Below are positions 50,340-64,000 of a DNA stretch of 64,000 nucleotides, in pieces. Below the pieces are notes generated by a model. That model was given only the letters and a program-made list of their open reading frames with translations. It had not been told where the DNA came from and did not search any database. The stretch's first letter is position 1; the number at the start of each line of letters is the position of its first letter. Source of the DNA: Phoronis australis (lineage: Eukaryota > Animalia > Phoronida); contig NMRA01000764.1 in the NCBI GenBank assembly GCA_002633005.1, positions 70,048 to 134,047 on the forward strand. Reading direction: 5' to 3'. Made by a program: the position numbers and the translations under genes.

Positions 50340-53300
50340 CGATAGATGATAATGATCCTCGGACAGATCAGACTACCGGTGTTCCCCCTAGTGGCAATTT
50401 TTGTTTTTTACGTTTACCTCTGTGTCATCGAAGGTCTTCAACAAATTTTTATGAAATTTGGCACACAGTCATCTATTAATGAGGTGATGCTATCTTCCCA
50501 ATTTCGTATGGATGCGTTATACTTTGGGCCACCTAGTGGCCGTTTATATGTTTTTTGAGTATCTTTTTGCCGTCAGCCCATTTATCTACCAAACCACTCT
50601 AAGGATGATTGTGAAAATTGGCATATATGCTCTTGATGTTGCGACGATTTTCTACGACTTTGACTACTGTGGCGCCTTCTAGTGGCATTTTTATGCGCCC
50701 ACATATTTATATGTGGACGTAGTATGCCGTCATCTCCGTCCGTCCGTACGGGCGGCATCCGTCCAGCGTCTGGCGTCCGGCGTCCGCTGCTCTATCTCCA
50801 AAACCCTTTGACATATGTTCATGAAATTTGGCACGTATGTTCCATTCATGAATGGGACGGCATGTGCGAACTTTCGGACGGTTCCGACTACCGGTGTGCC
50901 CCCTAGTGGCAATTTTAGTTTTTTATGCTTACCTTTGTATCTTCAAAAGTCGTGAACGGATTTTCATGAAATTTGGTATGTAAGCACCTATTATTGAGAT
51001 GCCGCTATCCTCCCGTTTTCAGATGGATTTGACATAGTTTGCGCCACCTAGTGGCCATTTTTACTGTTTTCGAGTCTGTATTTTTGCGTCCACCCCTCTA
51101 TCAACCAAACCGCTCAAAGGATGATTGTGAAAATTGGCATGTATGTGCTTACTATAAAGAAGACAGTTGACAATGATTTTCAGACGATTTGGGTTACTGT
51201 GGCGCCTCCTNNNNNNNNNNNNNNNNNNNNNNNNNNNNNNNNNNNNNNNNNNNNNNNNNNNNNNNNNNNNNNNNNNNNNNNNNNNNNNNNNNNNNNNNNN
51301 NNNNNNNNNNNNNNNNNNNNNNNNNNNNNNNNNNNNNNNNNNNNNNNNNNNNNNNNNNNNNNNNNNNNNNNNNNNNNNNNNNNNNNNNNNNNNNNNNNNN
51401 NNNNNNNNNNNNNNNNNNNNNNNNNNNNNNNNNNNNNNNNNNNNNNNNNNNNNNNNNNNNNNNNNNNNNNNNNNNNNNNNNNNNNNNNNNNNNNNNNNNN
51501 NNNNNNNNNNNNNNNNNNNNNNNNNNNNNNNNNNNTTCTATGTTTCTGTGGTGCTTTAAGCAACTGATGTATAGGATGTGCTTGTATTATGAAGATCACT
51601 CACATTTTGCCCCTAGCCTATTGAGGAGACAATGACCATGCCTTTCCATTTTGCAAAGTATAACATACTACATATATGCCCTCTACTGGCCACTTTATGG
51701 TACCAAAAAACAACCCTAGAAGGATACCGTATACGGTGCAATTGTGGGCGCATTTCAACGCTCTGCGTTGCTCTTGTTGTTTTTCCTGTGCTCATAGCTG
51801 TATCTCTTAAACATTCTGCTGGATCTTTATCTTTATTAAATTTAGCAAGTGTATTTATATGAAGTTGACTATGGGCAACGACGACTTTCAGACTGATTGG
51901 TCGGACATTGTGCTCCCTTGCACCAATTTCATTTTTTTCCATTTTCCTCTGTTTCTCTGAAGCTCCTTGACGAATTTTTATGAAATTTGGTATAGGTTTC
52001 TATTAAAGAAACGATGACATTTCCCAATTTTCGGATGGATTTGACGTATTGTGCGCCATCTAATGGCCTTTTTTACTTTTTATCTAATCAGTCCTCTCCT
52101 CTATCAACCAAACCACGCCAAGGATGAAAATTGGCATTTAAGAAGTTGACAACGGACATCGACGACATTTGGATGGAACCAACTACCGCTGTGCCCCTTA
52201 TTGGCATTTGTTTCATTGTACCTTTGAAACTCAGCTGCAGATTTTTCGGGAATTTAATAAATATGCATATATTAAGGAGACGACGACACCGTCTCATTTC
52301 CGGACGGATTTGATGTATTCTGCGCCTCTCAGAGTCTGTACTCTGCCGTAGCCATTTTAACAATTTTTGACTAGGTGTTTGGCATCACCCTCATTACTAA
52401 AATTTGGACATGTGTTTCTGTTGAGAAGACCGAATTTGACGTTGATTTTTGGATGTGTGTTCAACTACTCTGGCCCCCCTAGTGGCCATTTTTTATGCGC
52501 CCACATATTTGTATGTGGACGCATTGTGCCGTCATCCCTGTCAGTCCGGCGTCCATCCAAAACCCTGTGCTGACTGTTCATGCAATTGTGCACAAGTCAT
52601 GTGTTCCTTTCATGGATGGGACAGCATCAGCGAACTTTTGGATGGATCAGACTACCAGTGTGCCCCTAGTGGCAATTTTAGTTCTTTATCTTTACTTCTG
52701 TATCTATAAAGTTTCTCACATGCTTTCATAAAATTTGCCATATAGGCATCTATTATTGAGATGACACTATCCTTTGATTTTTGTATGGATTCGACTTAGT
52801 TTGCGCCACCTAGTGGCCATTTTCTCTTCTCTCGATTCTGTTTTTTGGCATCCACCCCTCTGTCAACCAAGCCGCTCTAAGGACGATTGTGAAAATTGGC
52901 ATGTATGTTCTTATTATGAAGAGGACAGCTCACGATGATTTTCTAATGACTTTCACTTCTGTGGCGCCTCTTAGTTACAGTTTTGTTTTTTGCACCCTTG
53001 GCTAAATCTCCTTAACCCTCTGCAGGATCTTTACTAAATGTAGCAAGTGTATTTATATGATGTTGACAACGAACGACAACAACCTTCAGACAGATCTGGC
53101 TACCGGTGTGCCCCCTAGTGGCAATTTCATTTTTTTACGATTACCTCTCTGTCTTCAAAGATCCTCAACAGATTTTCATAAAATTTGGAATATAGGCATC
53201 TATTGGTGAGATGACGGTATCCTCCCGTTTTTGAATGGAAATGATTTATTTTGTGCCACCTATAGTGGCCATTCTTGCTGTTTTTGAGTCTTGAGTTTTT

Positions 53301-54032
53301 TGGTGTCAACCAAACCATTCTAAGGATGATTTTGAAAATTGTCATATATGTTCTTATTGTTAAGAAGATGCCTGTTTTGTTTTTGCGCTCATAGCTGTAT
53401 CTCCTAAGCCCACTGTAGGATCTTTACTAAATTTAGTGTATTCATATGAAAGCTAACAACAGACAACAAAGACTTCCTGGCGGATCCAACGAATTCTGTG
53501 CCCCCTAGTGGCAATTTCGTTTTTTCCGTTTTCCTTTGTTTCTCTGAAATTCCTCGACAGATGTTTTTGAAATTTGGTAAATAGCTTTTTATTAAAAAAG
53601 TGATGGCATGCTGCCGTTTTCAGATGGATTGTTTGTTTTTTTGCCATCTAGTGGCCATTGTTATGATATAAATTTACAACCCTAGAAGCATGGTGCATTT
53701 GTAGGCGCATTTCAACACTCCTCGTTGCTCTTGTATGTTTTACGTCCACGGTTGTATCTCCTTACCTTTTGCAAGATTTTCCTGAAATTAGCAGAAGTGT
53801 TCCTAAGTATGGAGATGGCAACTGATGACGGCCAGTTTCAGACCAATCCAACTACAGCTGTGCTCCCTAGTGACAATTATTTTTTACTTTTGTCTCAGTT
53901 ACTTCAGAGTTCCTTGATGCTTTTTCATGAAGTTGGGAAATAAATTTTATGATATAAATAAACACCCTTAGAAGCACACGGTTTGCAGTGCATTCATGCG
54001 CTTATTTTAATGCTGCACGTTGCTCTTGTTTT
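50340..54032 (+). mobile_element. Cluster of nested Helentron/HINE-like elements
   Basis: 5' ends at about 50688 and 52489 with (ccgt)n; 3' ends at about 51782, 53735 and 54032; CCTAGTGG arrays. Confidence 0.82.
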
Positions 54033-54602
54033 AGCACTGAATACTGAGCATAGTGTGGACAAGGTTGTCTGTATTTCATGTTTGGCAGTGACCGTAGGCA
54101 AGATGTCGTTACCATCAAATTTCAGTGTTAGTATTGCAGTCTTAAAGCAAATGTATTCTCAAGTCTTTTGCAACTGCGATGTTATTGATAAATATAACTA
54201 TAGTAGACTTACTTTGGTTACATCTGTTGTAAAACACCTTTCCTGTACAATGGTTCGGTTAAGTATACATGGAGGAAAATGGGATGCCTTGAACCCCTTA
54301 AATAGGGTGTGGAGGTGGAAAATTCAGAAGTCTTGATATTTGCTGCGGCAAATCTTGTCGAATGTACCTTCTGGGGATTTTTGACCGTCCCTTAAGGACA
54401 CCGACATGAATGCTTCGCCTGGCAGCATTGAGTCACCCCTCAATCATCGCTAAACCCCCATCAGCACAATTGTAGATATGCTACTTACTTGGTAGAATTA
54501 TAAATGTAGCTTTTTATTCCAGTACAAAACCCTGCGAAGCAAGTACGGAGTATAGAAACAGATGACATTTGAAGCATACGAGTTGGTAGAGAAGGGCTGG
54601 AG

Positions 54603-55186
54603 AATGGACGTTGGAGGTGATCCATGAAGAGGATGAAGAAATGGACATTGGAGGTGATCTATGAAGAGGATGAAGAAATGGACATTGGAGGTGATGTATG
54701 AAGAGGGTGAAGAGATGGACATTGGAGGTGATGTATGAAGAGGGTGAAGAAATGGACATTGGAGGTGATCTATGAAGGGGGTGAAGAAATGGACATTGGA
54801 GGTGATGTATGAAGAGGGTGAAGAGATGGACATTGGAGGTGATCTATGAAGAGGATGAAGAAATGGACATTGGAGGTGATTTATGAAGAGGGTGAAGAGA
54901 TGGACATTGGAGGTGATGTATGTAGAGGGTGAAGAGATGGACATTGGAGGTGATCTATGAAGAGGGTGAAGGCATGGACGTTGGAGGTGATCTATGAAGG
55001 GGGTGAAGAGATGGACATTGGAGGTGATCTATGAAGAGGGTGAAGAGATGGACGTTGGAGGTGATCTATGAAGGGGGTGAAGAGATGGACATTGGAGGTG
55101 ATCTATGAAGAGGATGAAGAGATGGACATTGGAGGTGATCTATGAAGAGGGTGAAGAGATGGACATTGGAGGTGATCTATGAAGAG
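54603..55186. repeat. 37-bp minisatellite
   Basis: gatggacattggaggtgatctatgaagagggtgaaga repeated about 16 times. Confidence 0.96.
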
Positions 55187-55689
55187 TACTCAGGAAAACG
55201 TTTTCTCTAAGTTGTCTAGGACACATCCAAGTTTGAAATACTGTGTACGAGTGCAATCTTTATCGGTCAGACTTTATAATGCATGAGGTAAAGGTGAATG
55301 AATAAAGGTGGCTTCAGCTTGAAGGAAAAGTGACTCAATTAAACACAGTTATTTGGCTTGCACCTGTCAAGGCTATGATACTTATTATTTATAATTAGCA
55401 CTCACTTTGTGCTCCCTGTCTGTAAAACTGAGTGAAATAACATCTGATAATAAAAAGCTGGGTGTTACTTTGTCTAAAAATACCATGTCCTAAAAGTGAT
55501 TATAAAGCCGCATTTCATCTAAGAAGCGAAGTTTTTAGGTATTAAAATTCTCTACCCCACCATAAAGCGATCAGATCTTGAGTAAACAGGTATTTGGCAC
55601 CACCTACATATTCCATGCAATACAGACGGGAGGTTTCAACGTAATGTAATTGACAGCGTTTTAACACCGTTTGTGCTATCATGATGATT

Positions 55690-56940
55690 GCAAAATTCCA
55701 CTGCTATGCAAAAAGATCAGAGACGCCAAAACTTTGGCTTCAAATTACCGCCCATTATCATTTACCTGCATTCGCTCCAAACTCATGGAGCACATTGTTG
55801 TAGGTAACATTATGCGTCATCTTGACACAAATATTTTTACACCAGGCGACATGGTTTTCGTAGCCGTAGACCATGCGAAACACAACTTGTCACATTCATA
55901 GATGACCTACTCCAAAGTGGAGGCAGGCACTCAAACCGACGCAGTGGTGCTGGACTTCTCCAAAGCCTTTAATTAAGTATCTCATACAAGACTCTTGAAG
56001 AAGATCAGTGTAAGGGGTGTCGCCCATAACTGGATCCAGTCCTTTCTATCTCATAGGCGGGACACAGACAGTCGTCGTCGATGTCGAGTTCTCAAATTCC
56101 TCTCTAGTTCAATCAGGGGTGCCCCAGGGCTCTGTCATTGGCCCTGCACTTTTCATACTTTATATAAACGATCTTCATGATTCCTTCCTTTCAAATGTAC
56201 GTCTCTTTGCCAATGATGCAGTCCTCTATAGATCTATATTGCTTCCCCCTTGATTGCTAAATACTTCAACAGGACTTAAGTAGAATCCTTAGCCTCCTGG
56301 GAAAATCCTGGAAAATGGGACTTCAACGTTTCCAAATGTAATATTCTACGTGTACAGCACAGAAAACACTACCCCGTAATATACAATTACAATCTCCACA
56401 ACACGTCGCTAAATGCATAAATCAAGCTCCATCTCTTGGGGTCACTGTTACAAATAATTTATCATGGATCACTTACCTCTAAGGCAAACAGAACTCTTGG
56501 TTTCCGATTAAACGCAACCTCAGATATGCTCCCCTGCCCTACACTTAGGCCCAAACTTGAATACTCATCCTCCGTTCTAAATTACCTCGCCAGATACTCT
56601 GTCTCATCTATCCTTACCACTCTAAATTGGCCCACTCTTCAAGAAAAGCGTGCTCAGAATATCGACTGACGGGCCCCAGATGTGCTGTACAACATCGCCG
56701 TATACAACCTGGTTGCCATTCCCCACACATACCTTCCACTCCTACATATCTCTAGATCACTAATTCTCACTCTCACACCTTCGACAGAACATACATTCGC
56801 ACTGCATACTAGGAAAACTCTTCCCATCTACTATTTTACTCTGGAATAGGCTCCCACAAGATGCCATCTCATCAGAAATCAATAGAGACGTTCACAGGTT
56901 GCCATCTCGAACATCAATCTCACTTAGTCAAAAATAAAAA
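55690..56940 (+). mobile_element. Degenerate CR1/L2-group LINE reverse transcriptase fragment
   Basis: NYRPLSFTC..SKLMEHIV, HGFR...CETQL, LDFSKAF, SGVPQGSVIGPALFILYINDL, LFANDA, with stops and frameshifts. Confidence 0.92.
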
Positions 56941-57322
56941 CTTGTTTTATCCTGGCACTAGCTCGCACTTTGTTTTATTTTCCCACTTACACACGGTTCA
57001 TTCGCCAACATGTAAGCAGGATCGGTATTTCGATTGTTTGTTGATCTATGGAAGAAGAAAAAGAAGCACTAGTCAGATATGAATAAATCCATTAAACATC
57101 CATGTGAATGATTTTGATATCGTTGCATTTCTCAGACATCCGGCTATCTTCACATATCCATTTCATAGCCCTCACTCCGGTTGAAAAGTATGGTATTCCG
57201 AAGTTGGTCGACTTTAGCCACGCGGATTATCAAATCGGCAGTCATTTCAGTGAACTTATTATACCTACCGCTATCTATCGGTGATCTGCTACAACACGCG
57301 CTGTTCCTGTTTCGTCAGTCTT

Positions 57323-58505
57323 GGGTGGGTCATTTTGGTGGGCCACTGGGATCTTAATTAGTGGACTGGTCAACTTGAAACTTGGAGGATGACCATTTGG
57401 AGGATTGGTCTTGCAAAAACAACAAAAACTTTAAAACTTAAGACAAGAAGTTTTTCGACTAAAATAATTTTGTCTCCAATTTCAAAAATTCTTTTTCACA
57501 ACAATGACGTAGCTCAGAATGTTGAGAAACTAAAGCCCACCAAGTTTGAGTTCGGTCGGATCATTAATGAGGTCACGCGGCTAGATCAAAGTTCAAAAAT
57601 TTTATTTTTAGGCCCTTTAGCACCTAAAAATTTTTGACCCCTTTTTCAAAACTTCTTTTATTGTTGGATAACCCTTTACTCGCTGACTCCAAAAAAGTAA
57701 GTCGAAACTTTATTCTGGTGAGCCCTGATAAGGTCACAGATGGGGATCAAATTTGGAAAACTGGGGTGAGTCTGTGACTTTGACCTTAAACCTTGATACC
57801 GAAGGAGAGAGGGGCCAACAAATAAGACGCGTTTGGAACCTTTTACTTTACCATGCTTCAAAATGTCTCAGTTTGGTCAAGTCTTCAGGTCATTGGTCAT
57901 GAACATATGAGTTCTATAGCTTATTTTGACAAAACTTTCTATGTCACTTCGGGGCCCTCCTGGGTCCTTACTAAGGGCGGGAAAAGTACGATAATTACAT
58001 TTCTAGAGAGCAGAGACAGGGGGCTATCAGATGCACAAAGAATTTTTGAAATCGAAAACAAAATAATTTCGGACCCTTGGGTGGGTCACTTTGGTTGGCC
58101 ATTGTGACCTTAAATAGTGGGCTGAAACTTGGGGGCTGACCGTTGGAAGATTGGCCTTTCAAATAAAAACAGAAACTTTTAAATCGAAGACAAAAAGGTT
58201 TTCGACCGAAAAACCCTAAGCCTTGTAGCCCAGGTTTTTTTGGGGGGTCGAAGTTTTTTGTCTCCATTTTCAAAAATTCTTTTTCAGATCAACGTAGAAT
58301 GTTGAGAAACTAAAGCCCACCAAGTTTGAGTTCGATGGGATCTTTAATGATCAAAGTTGAAAAGCGTTATTTTTAGACATTTTCGCGCCAAAAAAATTTT
58401 GACCCTGATTTCGAATTTTAAACTTCTTTTATTGTTGGATATTCCTTTACTTACTGACTCCAAAAACATAAGTCGCCACTTCTGGTGAGCCCCAATAAGG
58501 TGACA
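57323..58505. repeat. Diverged ~755-bp direct duplication (about 1.5 copies)
   Basis: gggtgggtca..ttgg at 57323 and 58079; agaatgttgagaaactaaagcccaccaagtttgagttcg occurs twice. Confidence 0.75.
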
Positions 58506-59932
58506 GCCGTTAAACCCCTACACCTGTCTTTGATGCACTTGAGTGAAACTAAATGAGTGGAGCCAGGTTGACGTAACTGTTACTAAACGGTAGTTGATTA
58601 TGGATAAGTGTTTTCAATTTGAGATTAACTAATTGAAAAATACTCCAAAAAAACAGTTTGCCCTTTTAAGACACGCGCATGCACTGGACATGCGCATAAG
58701 TGCAACTTGGGCGCATGTGATCTGAGATCAGAGCGGAGATGATCGGACCTTGAATCTATAACGATCACTGCCATTGGCGTATCCACAAAAGATTAATGGC
58801 AACTGGGGTTTGGGTTAGGAACAGGGCAGGGAGGCAAACGCTGAATAACCCCAAGGACTTTCGACATGGAGAAGAAGTTTTTTGCCAACGTCTCTCGTTA
58901 GCCTAATGAGTGAACGTTTCGTAGCTATGCCTCAAATAATTACTTTGCGCCTCAGTAAATATGTACTTTACGCCTCAGTAAATATTTACTTAACGCCTCT
59001 AACGAGAATTATCTTATGCACGTAACGTTCACGCATTTGACAAACGATAGACGTCGTTACGTGTCTGTTGGACACTGACGACACATAACGATGACAGGTA
59101 CGATGGTGAGGACGACGGTGATGACGAAAGCAGACATAACAATGAATAAACGAAACGTTAATAATTGACGGAAAAATTTGGTCGGGGCGCAAGAATTTTA
59201 AGGGTACAGAATTCTTTCTGAATTCTTTCTGAAGATTTCCCCCGGCTAATGGTGCAGAGGAAAAAGTCTCCCATCCCGATTTTGAAGGCTGCAAAGGCGT
59301 GTCCTTCAGTGAAATCTGTTTTCCCAACCAGAAACACACATCATATTGATCGGAAGTCGTATTCTGTGGATAATTTTCAGGACATTTCTGTGTATTTGCG
59401 AGAGTCGTCACGTTAAACAAGTCCAGTGACTGCATTTGAGTGTAGATAGTGTTTCACTGACTTTAGACTGCAAAATATTGTTTAGTTTATTGCTCATATA
59501 ATATGATTACACAGCTTTTTGCCGACGGTATGTTTTTTGGTCTTTTTTCTACGGTATGTTAGCTGTTGACCTGACTTTGTAACAGATAGGACAGTCTTCT
59601 CTTTGCTTGTTTTTAGGCATCGGCCCATTACATCTACTTGCAAAGTTGTCCGGTGCGGGCAGCATTCTATTCAGTTGAGTTCTATTCAGTCGAGTCTTTC
59701 ATTGTGTCTGCAACTGATTTGCATATCAACACAGGTCTATGAATGCGGGTATCGCAGCTGATGTCCTGCGTGTGTCATGGAGGTGGTGAAGTACATTTTA
59801 GCCACGCGCTTTTTGTTTTGTTTTTTTACACATTGTTGAGTGAAATTTTTGTTGATTCACCACCTTGTCTACATTCTACATACATCGCACTTAGTCACTA
59901 TGGACCCGATTCATCATGTCTTTCGTCGGAAC

Positions 59933-62085
59933 ATGGTTAGTATCTTAATTTTAAACTGCAGAGGGCTAAGGGACAAAATTAAGAGAAAGGATGTCTTTGA
60001 ATTTTTGACACGTAAGTGTTGAGGTATCTATTGTTTTCAGGAAACTCATTTTATTGAATTAGAGATCTCTATTATTAGGGCCCTGTGGGGATTTGATGTT
60101 TTCATGAGCCCTTGACCAAGAGAATCGAGAGGTGTCTGCATTGTCATCGAATTACTTATTGAAAATCGAGTCTCAATAACGTTAGCTAATATTTATGGTC
60201 CCAACAAGGATGACCCTGAATCTTTTAGAGCCCAGCTTCAAGTAGTCTCGGACTACAATTCAGAGTTATCATTTGCGGCGACTGGAATTTGGTTCAGGAT
60301 TTCAATCTTGACTGTTAAGATACAATCCGGCTGCAAGAAAACAAGTTATCAGTCTGATGTCGCAGTTAAATTTGGTCGACCCGTGGAGGTTACGCAATTC
60401 AAATAAAACAAGCTACACTTGGTTCAAAATTAACTCTTGTAAGCAAGCGCGTCAGCTGTACTTTTTTCTAGTGTCCGACGAGTTTTCCTCTTGAATAAAA
60501 AATATCGAAACGTCCAAAGGTTATAGAACCGACCATCATTGTGTCGTGACTACTATTCAGGCCTCTAAATTTGTTAGAGGTAAAGGTCTCAGGCGATTTA
60601 AAAAATCCTTATTACATGATTTAGAATACATTAGAATGATTCTATTGAATATTAGAAATTATACTTTGTCCTATTCAGCTTTCAAGAAAAAAACAAAAGC
60701 ATCGACATGAAAAAATTAGAGGAGCAATTAAGTCTTCGTAGAGAAATGATGTGCAACAATAATTCTGCCCTGCTCCTTGAAATTTACTCAAATTTACAGA
60801 AAGATGACGAAGAAATTAGAAAGGACCAAGTGAAAGGAATGATGCTGAGATCTCGGGCAAAATGGATCGAGGATGGTGAAAAACTGTCCAAATAATTTAG
60901 TAACTTAGAAGAATGCAATTACGTGAACAAGAATGTTCACAAACTTATAGACGAGACTGGACGTAGCTTGACTAACCAAAAAAGCTATACTGTGTGCAAT
61001 CGCAAAATTCTACGCAAATTTATAAGCAGCCAACGAAAATGACTGTCTCCAATACGAATTAGAAGACTTGCTGACCCCTGAAAATATATCGAAATTAGAC
61101 GCCGACTTGAAAGAGAAACTAGGACCAATAACATGTACTAAAGCGGCGGTTGTCCTTAAATGTGTGAAAATGACAAACTCCAGGGACTCCTGTAGAGTTT
61201 TACAAATTTTTTGGAACGAACTATCGCCATTTTTGATCAATTACAGTTTTTGAACCGGTCGTCTCCCTATCACTATGCGTCAAGGTGTCATTACTTTGAT
61301 TCCTAAGGGCAAGAAACCACGTGAATACATTAAAAACTGGAGACCAATCTCCTTACTGAATTCAAGTTATAAACTATTATCAGCACGTATTGCACAAAGG
61401 ATAAAATCTGATTAAATAAGTTAATTCATCCTATTCAAACTGGATTTCTTCCAGGTCGTTTTATCAGGGAGAACACCAGAGTGATTTATAACATCTCATA
61501 CTCAAGTTAAGGATATTCCCGGACTTCTGATATTAATCGATGTCGAAAAAGCCTTTGATTCTGTGTCCTGGGGATTTCTTAAGAAAGTTCAACACTATTT
61601 CAATTTTGGTGACGAAATTATTCGTTGGTTCACAATACTGAATGAAAGTGTTCAACTTTCGGTCATTCAGTATGGCTTTACGTCTACTTGAACATTTGCC
61701 GAGGTTGCAGACAAGGGAATCCCCTTTCACCTTATCTTTTTTGTTGTGTGCTGAAATTATGGTATCTATGTTGAGGCAATGCGAGAATGTTAAAGGCATA
61801 AAAGTAGGCTCTTTAGAGAATAAATTAATGCAATATGCAGACGTTACGGTCCTCTTTCTAGATCGTTCAGAGAGAAATTATGCGATGATACTCAGTCTTG
61901 GAAAAAATTCCTCTGTAATTTGTCATTGTACTTCCGATGTCAGACTCAGATGGTTCCAATTCCGTATCAACCACAGACTTGTTGGTACAAACTCTTATTC
62001 AAAGAAAATAGATGTTAGTGAATCGTCTTTGTGTTCTTTCTGTGAGCAACACGAAGAAACAATTCTAAATTTGTATGATAAATAA
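59933..62085 (+). mobile_element. Degenerate L1/Tx1-clade LINE ORF2 (APE endonuclease, RT, C-terminal Cys motif)
   Basis: LNCRGLRDKIKR, FQETH, NIYGPN, GDWN, LRSRAKWIEDGEK, KNWRPISLLN, AFDSVSW, QYAD, CSFCEQHEETI; many stops and deletions. Confidence 0.93.
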
Positions 62086-62141
62086 CGTAGAAAATAAATC
62101 TGAAACTAAATAAGGCGATCTAGATCCTCTCAAGGATACTA

Positions 62142-62527
62142 TTGAATCTACAAACTCGGTTTCGTAATCACAGATTTAACTTAATACATAAAAACATTTC
62201 TGATTCTATAGCTAATCATTTCAATTCCAAAAACCATAATATTCAAGATCTTTCTGTACAAATAATAGAAAAACTCCAATACCCCCAGTACCCCTCACAT
62301 ACTCAAAAGGAAACAATTTTGGATAAACAAGCTCAATACACTAGAACCTCATGGATTAAAGAAAAACTTCTTAAATTGTATCATTGGATTTTTTCCGCAA
62401 CAATGTGTCACATTCATTGCGCCACATCTTATACGTCAATTGTCATATAGTGTTCGATTTTACTTTATTTCTGTTTTTGTTGACGAAGGATGTTATTATA
62501 TCTGAAAATTTCAGTTGATCCATTCTT
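62142..62527 (+). mobile_element. Penelope-like 3' fragment (GIY-YIG tail plus terminal repeat)
   Basis: TRFRNHR...SIANHFNSKNHNIQDLSVQIIE; 62428-62525 also present at about 46231-46340. Confidence 0.78.
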
Positions 62528-64000
62528 TTTATGCGCCCACATATTTATATGTGGACGCATTATGCCGTCATCTCCGTCCGTCCGTCCGTCCGTCCGTCCG
62601 GGCGGCGTCCGTCCGGCGTCCGGCGTCCGCTGCTCTATCTCCAAAACCCTTTGACATACGTTCATGAAATTTGGCACATATGTTCCATTCATGAATGGGA
62701 CGGCATGTGCGAACTTTCGGACGGATCCGACTACCGGTGTGCCCCCTAGTGGCAATTTTAGTTTTTTACGCTTACCTTTGTATCTTCAAAAGTCCTGAAC
62801 GGATTTTCATGAAATTTGGTATGTAGGCACCTAGTAGTGAGATGACGCTATCCTGCCGTTTTCGGATGGATTCGACATAGTTTGCGCCACCTAGTGGCCA
62901 TTTTTACTGTTTTCGAGTCTGTTTTTGTGCTTCCACCCCTCTATCAACCAAACCGCTCAAAGGATGATTGTGAAAATTGGCATGTATGTGCTTACTATGT
63001 AGAGGACGGTTGACGATGATTTTCCGACGATTTCGACTACTGTGGCGCCTCCTAGTGGCAGTTTTGTTTTTTTTGCGCCTATGGCTGTATCTCCTAAACC
63101 GTTTGCAGGATCTTTACGAAACTGTGTAAGTATATTTATATCATGTTAACAACGGAAGATGACGACTTTTGGACGGATCCGACTACCGGTGTGCCCCCTA
63201 GTGGCAATTTTAATTTTTTTACGCTTACCTTTGTATCTTCACAAGTCCTTATTGGATTTTCATGAAATTTGGTATGTAGGCACCTATTAGTGAGATGACG
63301 CTATCCTCCCGTTTTCAGATGGATTCGACATAGTTTGCGCCACCTAGTGGCCATTTTTAGTGTTTTCGAGTCTGTTTTTGTGCGTCCACCCCTCTATCAA
63401 CCAAACCGCTCAAAGGATGATTGTGAAAATTGGCATGTATATGCTTACTATGTAGAGGATGGTTGACGATGATTTTCCGACGATTTCGACTACTGTGGCG
63501 CCTCCTAGTGGCAGTTTTGTTTTTTTGCGCCTATGGCTGTATCTCCTAAACCGTTCGCAGGATCTTTACAAATTGTGTAAGTATATTTATATGATGTTAA
63601 CAACGGAAGATGACGACTTTTGGTCGGATCCGACTACCGGTGTGCCCCCTAGTGGCAATTTTAGTTTTTTACGCTTACCTTTGTATCTTCAAAAGTATTG
63701 AACGGATTTTCATGAAATTTGGTATGTAGGCACCTATTAGTGAGATGACGCTATCCTACTGTTTTCAGATGGATTCGACGTAGTTTGCGCCACCTAGTGG
63801 CCATTTTTACTGTTTTCGAGTCTGTATTTTTGCGTCCACCCCTCTATCAACCAAACCGCTCAAAGGATGATTGTGAAAATTGGCGTGTATGTGCTTACTA
63901 TAAGGAAGACAGCTGACAATGATTTTCAGACGATTTGGACTACTGTGGCGCCTCCTAGTGGCAGTTTTGTTTTTTTGCGCCCATGGCTGTATCTCCCAAA
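62526..64000 (+). mobile_element. Young Helentron/HINE-like element with a ~452-bp three-subunit tandem array
   Basis: ttttatgcgcccacatatttatatgtggacgcat head, (ccgt)n microsatellite, CCTAGTGG at about 62745, 62890, 63051, 63197, 63343, 63504, 63648, 63793, 63954. Confidence 0.88.

Noticed and set aside
54498-54944. His/Pro/Ser-rich ORFs on the minus strand
   Set aside because: Translation of the 37-bp minisatellite
54025-57170. Candidate final CC2D1 exon (acceptor-like sites near 54035 and 57135)
   Set aside because: No convincing peptide match; the exon may lie in the 51211-51535 gap or elsewhere
58800-58820. ggggtttgggttagg telomere-like stretch
   Set aside because: Too short and irregular to be an interstitial telomere
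62740-64000. CRISPR-like regularly spaced motif
   Set aside because: Animal DNA; the intervening sequences are themselves repeated at a 452-bp period and there are no cas genes

Overview
Intron-rich, repeat-rich invertebrate-like animal DNA (bilaterian by inference) with three large N gaps. Three spliced genes can be read. (1) The last two coding exons of an unidentified + strand gene (1146-1255, 3487-3618). (2) A complete NF-YC gene on the - strand (7 coding exons, 18189 to 8325, about 302 aa, histone fold plus Q-rich tail). (3) Head-to-head with it, a CC2D1/Lgd gene on the + strand (ATG 19075; four DM14 repeats, C2 domain and a CC2D1A-type C-terminal helix; 19 exons visible up to 49825, some exons lost in a gap, final exon not found). 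Introns and flanks hold TTAA-flanked Kolobok-like elements (one with a THAP relic), a Harbinger-like MITE nested in a gag relic, Penelope relics with hammerhead-like cores, a tRNA-SINE, degenerate CR1-like and L1/Tx1 LINEs and many minisatellites. The most notable items are a self-nesting Helentron/HINE-like element whose ~150-bp subunits each carry a CTCF-consensus-like motif, and minisatellites made from duplicated splice junctions, including five tandem acceptors of which only the last keeps CC2D1 in frame.
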